DNA from: a virus
Taxonomy: Duplodnaviria; Caudoviricetes
Reading direction: 5' to 3' (one strand)
Virus record (IMG/VR): IMGVR_UViG_3300025936_000016
Span: 1 to 64,000 of that record
Length of the DNA stretch: 64,000 bases
The position numbers were made by a program, and so were the translations under genes. This document shows positions 1 to 8,084 of this stretch, in pieces. The notes beneath the pieces were generated by a model, which ran no database searches, was not told the DNA's origin, and was given only the letters and a program-made list of their open reading frames with translations. Every line of letters begins with the position of its first letter. Position 1 is the stretch's first letter.

Positions 1-70
1 ACTGCCCGGGAACCGTTCCCTGGCATGGTGCCGGCACCGGGAGTCGAACCCGGCACCGGTCACTGGTGCC

Positions 71-445
71 TTACCGCCTGCCCCAGGGCCACCAACGGCG
101 CCGGGTGGGCGCCGTGGCCTGGACCGTGGCGGGTCGTGCGTGGGTCATGGTGACGGACCTCGGGCGCATCATCGCCGATAGCTCCGCGTCATCGCCGATG
201 GGGCCGGCCTCGGACGCCCATCGGGCGTATGCCTCATGGGCGCTGGTGGTGGCCTCGAATTCGTCCTCACCGTAGGTGAACGAGGTCCAGGGCGTAGGCC
301 AGAGCGTGATGCCCATGGGGCCCTGGACCCGCCGCGCGCCCATGGGCGTGATGGGCTGATGACCCGCCATCACAGCAGCGATCACTAGCGCTCCCTCAAC
401 GACCATGCCCACCACAGTCCATTCCTTGACTGTCGACTGACCCAT
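71..445 (-). CDS. hypothetical protein (cassette gene)
   Basis: 124-aa ORF with RBS AGGAAAGGGG, bounded by minihelix repeats. Confidence 0.8.
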   Translation of the reverse strand: MGQSTVKEWTVVGMVVEGALVIAAVMAGHQPITPMGARRVQGPMGITLWPTPWTSFTYGEDEFEATTSAHEAYARWASEAGPIGDDAELSAMMRPRSVTMTHARPATVQATAPTRRRWWPWGRR

Positions 446-543
446 GAGTCAGTCCCCCTTTCCTAGCTTGGTGTGTGGCCCCAGGACCGTCCTGGGGCCC
501 CGTGCCGGCACCGGGAGTCGAACCCGGCGCCGGTCACTTGGTG

Positions 544-780
544 CTAGCTGACAGGGAAGAGTGGCAACGGCACGGGCCCCATGTCCTCGGGACCGTAGCC
601 GTACACTTCCCCCTCTCCGTCTGCCTTGCGGTCGATCACTCCCCAGAGTCGACCCACACCAACCGCCGCCCAAGTGGGCAGGATCAGCATGGGCGCAACG
701 CCTGGATACTGGCGGATGCGACCGAGGCCCGGACTGTCCACGCCGGACCCCTCTGAGTAGTCCCGGACCCGTTCGTACAT
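544..780 (-). CDS. hypothetical protein (cassette gene)
   Basis: MYERVRDY...; start moved to ATG 780 after RBS GAGAGAGGA. Confidence 0.75.
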   Translation of the reverse strand: MYERVRDYSEGSGVDSPGLGRIRQYPGVAPMLILPTWAAVGVGRLWGVIDRKADGEGEVYGYGPEDMGPVPLPLFPVS

Positions 781-880
781 GGGCCGTCCTCTCTCTTGGT
801 GCTGCCCAGGACCGTCCTGGACATCGGGGTAGCGCCGGGAGTCGAACCCGGCACCACCGTTGTGCATTGTGCGGCTTGGA

Positions 881-1189
881 TCAGGCCACGGTCTCGACGT
901 CGTTTTCGACGTTGTACCGGTGCTGGTCCAGGGCCTCGGCCAACATGGCCTCTTCCTGGGCCGTGAGGCCCAGGTCCAGGACGCGCCGGACGAGGTCCGC
1001 CTGCTCCGCCGGGACCGTCAGGGTAACCTCCCGGACCTCGGTCACGTTCGTGACCCGCAGGCCCCGGTACTCGATCGGCGCGACCTGTGCCACGTACTGG
1101 TCGATGACCTCGGCCACGTTGGCGGGGCCGTTGATCGTGCCGAACCCGTCCGCGTCCACGATGCCGCTGATGATGACGTTGTAACGCAT
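881..1189 (-). CDS. hypothetical protein (cassette gene)
   Basis: 102 aa, RBS AAGGGAG, between repeats. Confidence 0.8.
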   Translation of the reverse strand: MRYNVIISGIVDADGFGTINGPANVAEVIDQYVAQVAPIEYRGLRVTNVTEVREVTLTVPAEQADLVRRVLDLGLTAQEEAMLAEALDQHRYNVENDVETVA

Positions 1190-1401
1190 GGTGCGCTCCC
1201 TTACTCACTGCTGCCCGGGACCTTGTGTCCCTGGGCATGGTGCCGGCACCGGGAGTCGAACCCGGCGCCGGTCACTTGGTACTGCCTCCCTTCCGTTGTC
1301 CGTGGGGCCCCAGGACCGTCCCGGGGCCTATGTGTCTGTGCACTGTGGAGAGTCATGGCACCGGCACCGGGAGTCGAACCCGGCACCGGCGCACCGGTCG
1401 G

Positions 1402-1791
1402 CTAGACGCTCTGCCAACCGGTGGGCCAACCGCTGTCACCGTTGCCCGGCGCCTGATCGCAGTCGTAACCCTTGTGATACGGGTTCGCCTGGACCGTGCA
1501 GACGTCGGGCAGCGTGATGCGGCCGGAGAGACTGTCATCGGTTACCATGAGTGCCAGCGGGATGACGCTCCCGTCCGGCTTGGCCATGAAGATCAGCCCG
1601 ACCGGATCGGTACCATCCAACATGGCCCGCATGAGTCCGATGTCGTCTCCGTTGCCGAACGACGGGCCCAGGACGTTGGTCACCAGGATGTCCGACACGT
1701 CGCTCACCAGAGCGTAGAAGTGCTCGCGCTCACGGTTGCTCACGTCGGGCATGTCGTCGATCGAGCGGGTGTTACTGGGGTCGAAAGGCAT
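1402..1791 (-). CDS. hypothetical protein (cassette gene)
   Basis: 129 aa, RBS GAGAGGG, between repeats. Confidence 0.8.
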   Translation of the reverse strand: MPFDPSNTRSIDDMPDVSNREREHFYALVSDVSDILVTNVLGPSFGNGDDIGLMRAMLDGTDPVGLIFMAKPDGSVIPLALMVTDDSLSGRITLPDVCTVQANPYHKGYDCDQAPGNGDSGWPTGWQSV

Positions 1792-1834
1792 GGGAAACCC
1801 TCTCTACCTGCTGCCCGGGAACCGTTCCCTGGCA

Positions 1835-2084
1835 TGGGGGTCCTAGCCGGAGTCGAACCGACTGCATCTCCCTGGGCCTACGTTGTACGCGGCCGTAGCG
1901 GCTAGCACACCATAGGGAGATCGGGCACCGTGAGCCCTTGGACCATGAAGAGTGCGCGCCCAGTTTCGGTCGGTCGCTGCCATGTCACACACGCGGATTC
2001 AGCCGCTACCCTATCCGGATTCGGCGGAGGCCCTAGCCCGCTTCCCCATCGGCGCGTGGCATTCCCTACCCGACGTTAGGCCCC
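1835..2084 (-). ncRNA. candidate ~250-nt RNA with tRNA-like ends
   Basis: 3' end GTCGG-TTCGACT-CCGGC-TAGGACC-C-CCA can pair with 5' GGGGCCTA; no convincing ORF; promoter directly upstream. Confidence 0.5.
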
Positions 2085-2132
2085 GGGCACTCCGGACGAG
2101 GTTTAGCGGCGCTCCCGGGCCGTTCTGCTATC

Positions 2133-2160
2133 AGCATACCATACGGATACTGATAGTCAA
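2133..2160 (-). promoter_or_regulatory. sigma70-type promoter
   Basis: TTGACT-16 bp-TATGCT with TG extended -10; overlaps inverted repeat CTATCAG/CTGATAG. Confidence 0.7.
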
Positions 2161-2201
2161 GTGCCGGCACCGGGAGTCGAACCCGGCGCCGGTCACTGGT
2201 G

Positions 2202-2402
2202 CTAGTAGGTGACCATCGACGTGTACCGTGAGCATGCCCGCCTGTCGTGCGCCGGATGCCTCAATGGCAACGCCGTAGGAATCGTGCGCCCACACTGCGC
2301 GCACACGTACTCGCGTCGCATCAGCTCGTTGGTGACAGCTTCCAACATGGCCCGTAGCTCAGGAATGCTGGCCTCAGTACGCACCCACCTATCAATCTCC
2401 AC
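2202..2402 (-). CDS. hypothetical protein with CxxC motif (cassette gene)
   Basis: GTG start after GAAAGGG; CAQC motif. Confidence 0.7.
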   Translation of the reverse strand: MEIDRWVRTEASIPELRAMLEAVTNELMRREYVCAQCGRTIPTALPLRHPAHDRRACSRYTSMVTY

Positions 2403-2489
2403 TGTGGACCCTTTCGTGCCTACTGACCAGGGACCGTCCCTGGCCATGGTGCCGGCACCGGGAGTCGAACCCGGCGCCGGTCACTGGTG

Positions 2490-2903
2490 CTAGTTGGTGG
2501 CCTCGGCCATGGGCACGCGGTCCAGGTCCCGGGCCTCTTCCTGGGCCCTGTCCAGCGCGACCCGCCGGACCCGGGCCATGAAGGTAGCTGGGGCCTCGCG
2601 CCGGGTGTTGACCCGCATACCCCGGTGCCGGCGCACGTCCGCCATGGTGAATGGACGGTCCGTGGCCTCACCGGTCGTCGGGTCAACCGCTTGCATGAAT
2701 GACCCGCCGTATAGGCCCTGCAGGATGACAAGACGGGCGTATACCTCTTGCTCACTGGCCATCGTGATCTCATCCATGCCCACATGTAGGCAGATGATGA
2801 TGCCTAGCCACTTGGTCACTGGGGCCAAGTCCAGACCATCGGGACCGTCAGCCCACAACTCGTCACTGTTCTCGCATCGACTCACGTCAACGTTCACAGT
2901 CAT
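2490..2903 (-). CDS. hypothetical protein (cassette gene)
   Basis: MTVNVDVSRC..., RBS GGAAGGA. Confidence 0.8.
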   Translation of the reverse strand: MTVNVDVSRCENSDELWADGPDGLDLAPVTKWLGIIICLHVGMDEITMASEQEVYARLVILQGLYGGSFMQAVDPTTGEATDRPFTMADVRRHRGMRVNTRREAPATFMARVRRVALDRAQEEARDLDRVPMAEATN

Positions 2904-2997
2904 GAGTGCTGTTCCTTCCGTGCCTACTGACCAGGGACCGTCCCTGGTCATGGTGCCGGCACCGGGAGTCGAACCCGGCGCCGGTCACTTGGTGCCG

Positions 2998-3321
2998 TTA
3001 CAGGTGGTCGCTTGCTCGATCACATTGCCCGTGACTGTCCAGGGGACGGTCACAGGTGCCTGTGCCGGTACCGCGCCGGGCGTTCGCGTCGCAACGACTC
3101 GCAACCGTGCGGACCCTGGTCACTAGCAGGTTGAACACTCCGGCCGGGTAGCTCCGACTGGTCCTGTCCTCGGGCCACATGACAGCCACCCGGCCGTCAT
3201 GACCCTCCATGTTGATCCGTTCCAACCGGACCAGCCGCGCGCCCGTACCCCGGGAGTCCGTCACCGTGTCATTGATGCTGACCTGGGCGCCAGTCCCCTT
3301 GTCGTGCGCCTGCATTTGCAT
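2998..3321 (-). CDS. hypothetical protein (cassette gene)
   Basis: 107 aa, RBS GGAAGGA. Confidence 0.8.
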   Translation of the reverse strand: MQMQAHDKGTGAQVSINDTVTDSRGTGARLVRLERINMEGHDGRVAVMWPEDRTSRSYPAGVFNLLVTRVRTVASRCDANARRGTGTGTCDRPLDSHGQCDRASDHL

Positions 3322-3418
3322 GGGTGGATCCTTCCGTGCCTACTGACCAGGGACCGTCCCTGGTCATGGTGCCGGCACCGGGAGTCGAACCCGGCGCCGG
3401 TCACTGGTGCTGCTGGTG

Positions 3419-3670
3419 CTACATGCCGTCTCGCAGGACAACCGCCAGCGCGTACATGAGCTGCGCCGCGTTGTCCCGATCCAACGGGATCCACCCGGTA
3501 CGCGACTCAACAACTTCAGCCGAGTCCTCAAAGTGGTCGGTACTACTCACAATGAGATCGACGAAGTTGTCGCCACTGTCACGCATGACCAGCCGTAGCC
3601 GGTGGCTACTGTCGGCCGTCACGGTGCCCTGCGCCACGGTCATGTCATCAATCAGGATGCGCTCCGCCAT
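3419..3670 (-). CDS. hypothetical protein (cassette gene)
   Basis: MAERILIDD..., RBS GAAAGGTG. Confidence 0.75.
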   Translation of the reverse strand: MAERILIDDMTVAQGTVTADSSHRLRLVMRDSGDNFVDLIVSSTDHFEDSAEVVESRTGWIPLDRDNAAQLMYALAVVLRDGM

Positions 3671-3760
3671 GATGTCACACCTTTCAATGCCTGCTGCCTT
3701 GACCATCAAGGCATGGTGCCGGCACCGGGAGTCGAACCCGGCGCCGGTCACTTGGTGCTG

Positions 3761-3988
3761 TTACCGCCGTGTGCTGTCGATCCTGGTCCCGCGTGGACGG
3801 CTGATGCGGTCCGCGTAGGCGTAGAACCCGTTCCGGTCCGTGTCCAGGGCCCGGTGCCCGTGGCGCCGCGTCCAGAAGTCCGCGTGTGCCTGAGCCTCGG
3901 CCATGGATCCGCAGGCCGTGACGACCAGGATGCGCTCTGGCGCCGCGTTCTCGACGTGAGCGAGAACGACGCCATACACGTTGTCCAT
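3761..3988 (-). CDS. hypothetical protein (cassette gene)
   Basis: 75 aa, RBS GAAAGGA. Confidence 0.75.
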   Translation of the reverse strand: MDNVYGVVLAHVENAAPERILVVTACGSMAEAQAHADFWTRRHGHRALDTDRNGFYAYADRISRPRGTRIDSTRR

Positions 3989-4079
3989 GATGGATCCTTT
4001 CTAGCTCGGCCAGGACCGTCCTGGCCTCGCGTGCCGGCACCGGGAGTCGAACCCGGCGCCGGTCACTGGTGCCTTGGTG

Positions 4080-4280
4080 CTACACGTCCAGATCGTTGCG
4101 CAGGGCTGCGAAACAGTCGACGTGCCATGTACCGTCCCACGCGCTCATGCCGTCGTCGCAACACAGCACGTCGTGCCCGCACCCGTCGCACTCAGCGATG
4201 GGCTGACACATGGGCCCCGGGACGTGGACGGTCTGGGCGTTGTCGCGCTCGATGTCCGCGTCAAGGATCAGGGTGAACAT
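4080..4280 (-). CDS. hypothetical Cys-rich protein (first cassette gene)
   Basis: 66 aa, RBS GAAAGGGG, CDGC...HVDC. Confidence 0.75.
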   Translation of the reverse strand: MFTLILDADIERDNAQTVHVPGPMCQPIAECDGCGHDVLCCDDGMSAWDGTWHVDCFAALRNDLDV

Positions 4281-4333
4281 GGGGTGACCCCTTTCGGTCG
4301 TGGCGGGGAACCGTCCCCGCCTTGCCTACCTCC

Positions 4334-4361
4334 AGTATATCACACGTATCAGCATACGCAA
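4334..4361 (-). promoter_or_regulatory. sigma70-type promoter for the cassette array
   Basis: TTGCGT-16 bp-TATACT with TG extended -10. Confidence 0.7.
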
Positions 4362-4412
4362 GCTGCCCCAGGGCGTCCCCAGGGCCCTGGTTTCTGGGGT
4401 ACCATGGGGGGT

Positions 4413-4607
4413 ATGGCCATGACACCCACACAGCAAGCCGAGTACCGGCGCCTACACCGGGCCATGAATGAGGGTCCAGGCCGGCGCATGGTGGCTGACA
4501 CCCTGGCAGGTAGGGGCCTGACCAGGGCAGACATTGATCAGGCAGACCGGTATCAACGCCTGATGCGGGCACTCACGACTACCGGACGGCGCGCGCCAAG
4601 GCCCTGA
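4413..4607 (+). CDS. hypothetical protein
   Basis: MAMTPTQQAEYRRL..., 64 aa. Confidence 0.55.
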   Translation: MAMTPTQQAEYRRLHRAMNEGPGRRMVADTLAGRGLTRADIDQADRYQRLMRALTTTGRRAPRP

Positions 4608-5310
4608 GAGAACAGGCCCCGGACCTCTGGTCCAGGCCCGTCGTGCAGGCCCTAGGCAAACGCCTAGGGTGGCCTGGGTACTAGGTCCCTGACCTGGGCC
4701 CCAGGCCCGGGACACACGGCATGGCGCAAGGGCCCCGGGCCCTGGGCTACGGTCCAGGCCCGGGGCCTTTGTCGTTGGGCCCAGTGTCCACGGTGGACGG
4801 TCCACGGTGGACAGTCATGGTCACGGTGGCTAGGACACGGTACGGTCACGGGCCTAGACGAGGGTGCCCAGGGCCGGTACCCTAGGACCTAGGCCCAGGC
4901 ACAGGGCCCCAGGGGTAGCTCAGGGGACCAGGGGCCTACCTGAGACCAGGGCCCAGGCCCAGGCCCCAGGGCCCACAAGTCAGACATGCCCCCTATGTCC
5001 GAGTCCCTCGCGCCCACCCCCCAGGCCCAGGCCGGAGGGCCCAGGAGCTAGCCCCTCGGACCAAAGGGACAAGCCCCGCAGGTAGGACCTTTTTCCTAAT
5101 CCGGGCGCAAAGGACCTACGCAAAGAGCCTGTACCCAGGCCCTTGATCCATTCCCTAAGACTTTGCTCCTCTTCAATGCCTTGGTTCTGACTCCGGCCGC
5201 TCGGAGAGCCCGGATACCACACCAAGATCCTATGATCTTGTACCTGGGACGATACAAATCACACATGCATGTTGCCTAGGCACATACCTATATGTGCGCA
5301 GGCACGTATC

Positions 5311-5763
5311 ATGACCAAGGTGGAAGAGCTGGAACCCACCCCCCGGGAACTGACCGACGACGACATCGCCACCGCCAAACCCCGGGTCCGTTGGCTGCAC
5401 CTGCAGCGCTACGAACAGCTCTGGGACCGCGTCCAAGAACGGGTCCAACAGGACCAGGACCACGACAACGGCCGTCCCATCGACCCCAGGTTCCTGGAAA
5501 TCGGCATCCGCATCCTGAAGGAAGAAGCCGCCCTCTACCAGATGGGCCGCGTCCTACCCCCCGTCGAGGAAGACGACGACCCCAGCATCACCGGCGTGGA
5601 CCGACAGGCGCTTGTCCTGGCCCAGCTGGAAGACCTGGAAGCTAAGCGTCAGGCCCAGGCGGAGGATCTTCGAAGAAGGACCGAAGGTCCGGCCCCGGTC
5701 CCAACGCCAGACCAAGAGTCATCGAATCAGGATCCTGGCCTGGACCCGAGCCCGCAGCCGTAG
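5311..5763 (+). CDS. hypothetical protein, possibly terminase small subunit-like
   Basis: Strong C/G3 codon bias; the helical segment RFLEIGIRILKEEAALYQM loosely resembles actinophage small-terminase-like proteins. Confidence 0.5.
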   Translation: MTKVEELEPTPRELTDDDIATAKPRVRWLHLQRYEQLWDRVQERVQQDQDHDNGRPIDPRFLEIGIRILKEEAALYQMGRVLPPVEEDDDPSITGVDRQALVLAQLEDLEAKRQAQAEDLRRRTEGPAPVPTPDQESSNQDPGLDPSPQP

Positions 5764-6217
5764 GTCCAGGAGCTGAGCCCAGGACCCGGGTGCAGGTGGG
5801 TAGGCACTGGGGGGACAGGCCACAGGAGCAGGGACCGAGCAGCTCGTCGTCATCCTCCACGATCCGGGTCAACGGAGCTGGTGCATTGGCGTGGACGAAC
5901 GGTGCCACGCCTCGTCCCCGGGCACTACGCACCACAGGCTCCAGTTCCACCCTCGGCGGCGTGAGCCCTTGGCCCCGGCCCAGGAAGTCGACTGTGATCT
6001 CCGGACCTTGGGTCCAGGTGGCCTGGACCAGGAGGACGTGAACGTCCACCTTCCTGGTGCTGACGCTGAGTCCCCGTAGATCAGCCTGGCGGTAGGTCGC
6101 GGCCCGGAAGCTGGACAGTGACCCAAAGGTGGGGATGTCAGCTAGATCCACTTCGTAGGGCCGACCGTCGAGGACCTTGTTCCACCACTCGGGCGGTAGC
6201 TTCTCGCGCCTCGGCAC
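5642..6217 (-). CDS. hypothetical protein
   Basis: 191 aa, RBS GGGAGG; overlaps the convergent gene by ~120 bp. Confidence 0.55.
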   Translation of the reverse strand: MPRREKLPPEWWNKVLDGRPYEVDLADIPTFGSLSSFRAATYRQADLRGLSVSTRKVDVHVLLVQATWTQGPEITVDFLGRGQGLTPPRVELEPVVRSARGRGVAPFVHANAPAPLTRIVEDDDELLGPCSCGLSPQCLPTCTRVLGSAPGPTAAGSGPGQDPDSMTLGLALGPGPDLRSFFEDPPPGPDA

Positions 6218-6990
6218 CCTCCCATCGTAACAGAGACAACGACAATGAACAAGGTCTTGTCACTGTTGTTGTTGTCGTCATTGTAGCTACTACGAGGCCC
6301 TCGGCCCTGGTCCAATTTGCCCACCTTTGGGCAAGGATCAACGACACCAACTCCTGTTGATCCATTCAAGATCATTTGCGTCCATCCTAGTCTCTATTAC
6401 CTGTTCCAGGTAATATTCTTTTTTTTCTATATTAGGAAGAACAATAAGAATGACTGAGTAAAGGGTATAGGGCTAGGTCCAAGGAAACGAACAAGTAATA
6501 GAAACTACGACGGGCAAAAGGGACATAGAGACCAGGGGATTGTAGTTGTCACTACTTATACGTTTCACAGGGCCAAGGGGGTCACCAAGGAAAAGGGTCA
6601 TTCTTCCTCCAGTCACTCCTCAAAGAGGCCGTGACCTGGGAAAACGTCAGGACCGGCGCCAGGAGTTCAACCCACAGTAATCAGCTATGTACTGTCGGTG
6701 GTCAAAAGAGCCTGAACCAACACCCTTGAGCCAGCGCAGCCGCGCACTCTGGTCCAGGCCAGAGAGGCCGGGCTCCAGTCGGGGCAGGGACCAGCAGCAG
6801 CCGGCGGTGGGGCCTGGGACCTGGGTGCTGGGTGGTTGGCCCGGCAGCGTGGCCCTGGGGGCTTGGAACTGGGTGCTGGGTGGTTGGTCGCGGGAGCTTG
6901 GGGCTGGGTCGTGGACCTTGGTTCCGTGGGCTTGGGGCTTGACCACAGGTCGGTCACCCAAGGGTCCAGACCTAGCCTTCGGGTAGGGTC

Positions 6991-7020
6991 TTGACCCGTA
7001 CGTGGGGGTGACGCTAGGGT
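6991..7020 (+). promoter_or_regulatory. promoter containing CCCGKACGTRGGGG motif
   Basis: TTGACC-18 bp-TAGGGT. Confidence 0.65.
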
Positions 7021-7027
7021 ATGGGGC

Positions 7028-7357
7028 GTGAAACGGGAACTGGAGTTGGAGCCGGGTGTAGTCACCCCTGGCGAGGTCCGTGTCAGTCACGTTGACCTGG
7101 TTCTCGACACCCCGGATGTTCGAGTGTGGCACATCGACCTGGACAGCAAGTACGCCGAAGTCCTGGCCTACAGTCGGGAAGAGGTCCTCCTGTACGCCAC
7201 CGATGAGACTCTCCGCACGGACGTGGGCCAGCTGGGAACGCCTACCAGCGTCAAGGTCAACGTTCCTGAAGATGATGACGACTACGCCTGGATCATGATG
7301 GTCGACTGTGGTCGTTACAGCTGTCGATTCGTTGCCTACCGGATGAGCAGGCGGTAA
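7028..7357 (+). CDS. hypothetical protein
   Basis: 109-aa ORF, phage-like codon usage. Confidence 0.7.
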   Translation: MKRELELEPGVVTPGEVRVSHVDLVLDTPDVRVWHIDLDSKYAEVLAYSREEVLLYATDETLRTDVGQLGTPTSVKVNVPEDDDDYAWIMMVDCGRYSCRFVAYRMSRR

Positions 7358-7362
7358 CAGGC

Positions 7363-7875
7363 ATGAGCTACCACGTTGGGTTCACCGGTACACGCGCCGG
7401 CATGACGTCCGACCAATGGCACATGCTACGGAAGCGCCTAGCGGCCATCAAGGCAGAGCATGGGGACGTGGTATTCCACTATGGTCAGGCCGTAGGGGCA
7501 GACGAGGAAGCAGCTCTCCTTGCCCATGAAATGGGCTTCTGGGTGGTGTCGCATCCGTCGAACCTGCCGAACCAAACATCAGTACATACGGATCTGATCT
7601 CTGAGGCCCGTGCACCAAAGGCCCCGTTGGTAAGGAACCACGACATCGTGGACGAGAGCAGCCTCATGTTCGCGACACCACGCACGCTGAACGAAGAGCT
7701 TCGGTCCGGCACATGGGCGACGATCAGGTATGCCAACAGAACCGGTGTGACGGTCGAGCAGATTCTGCCCGTAGGCGATCGGCCACAGCTCTATGGCCCG
7801 ATCCCCTCTGTCGACATAATCGGCGAGGCGGCCGACAAGCTGGACCTCCTCCTTGAGGGTGGCGAACATGCGTAG
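7363..7875 (+). CDS. SLOG-fold (DprA/YspA-like) nucleotide-binding protein
   Basis: Motifs VGFTGTR, HYGQAVGAD, RNHDIVD, SGTWATIRYA. Confidence 0.8.
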   Translation: MSYHVGFTGTRAGMTSDQWHMLRKRLAAIKAEHGDVVFHYGQAVGADEEAALLAHEMGFWVVSHPSNLPNQTSVHTDLISEARAPKAPLVRNHDIVDESSLMFATPRTLNEELRSGTWATIRYANRTGVTVEQILPVGDRPQLYGPIPSVDIIGEAADKLDLLLEGGEHA

Positions 7876-8083
7876 GCGACTGTTGCCCGCGTGGGTCCAT
7901 CAGACCTGGGCTTGGGTCGCTGGGTACTTCTGGCTACCGTGCCCTGAGTGTGGAGAGATGTTCGGTGGTCATGAGACTGCCCGCGACGGCGCATCGGTGG
8001 ATGGGCTGCTTGTGTGCCGGCGTTGCGGCCCCGAGGTCACCGCCCGCAACATAGCCGAGATCAACAGGCGGCTAGGTCTATGA
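7868..8083 (+). CDS. small Zn-finger protein
   Basis: CPEC...CRRC. Confidence 0.65.
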   Translation: MRRRLLPAWVHQTWAWVAGYFWLPCPECGEMFGGHETARDGASVDGLLVCRRCGPEVTARNIAEINRRLGL

Positions 8084-8084
8084 C

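Larger units (their letters stand above)
26..4066 (-). repeat. Array of 11 tRNA-minihelix repeats (acceptor stem + T arm, often ending CCA) separating short ORFs
   Basis: Minus-strand consensus GTGACCGGCGCCGGG-TTCGACT-CCCGGTGCCGGC-A-CCA. Copies at 26-63, 502-537, 826-860, 1238-1275, 1356-1394, 2161-2196, 2447-2484, 2951-2988, 3367-3404, 3714-3751, 4031-4066. Most are followed by a CCAGGGACGGTCCCTGG-type hairpin, an RBS and a start codon. Confidence 0.93.

Noticed and set aside
1835-2084. tmRNA
   Set aside because: Short, no G3-U70 pair, C discriminator, and no recognisable tag reading frame
26-4066. Repeats as true tRNA genes or attP/attB remnants
   Set aside because: No D or anticodon arms; the 5' acceptor strand is joined directly to the T stem, unlike an att duplication; no integrase in the window
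4610-5100. A fifth TIGR-like array
   Set aside because: GGCCC words are present but without constant spacing or the YCA-[9]-C pattern
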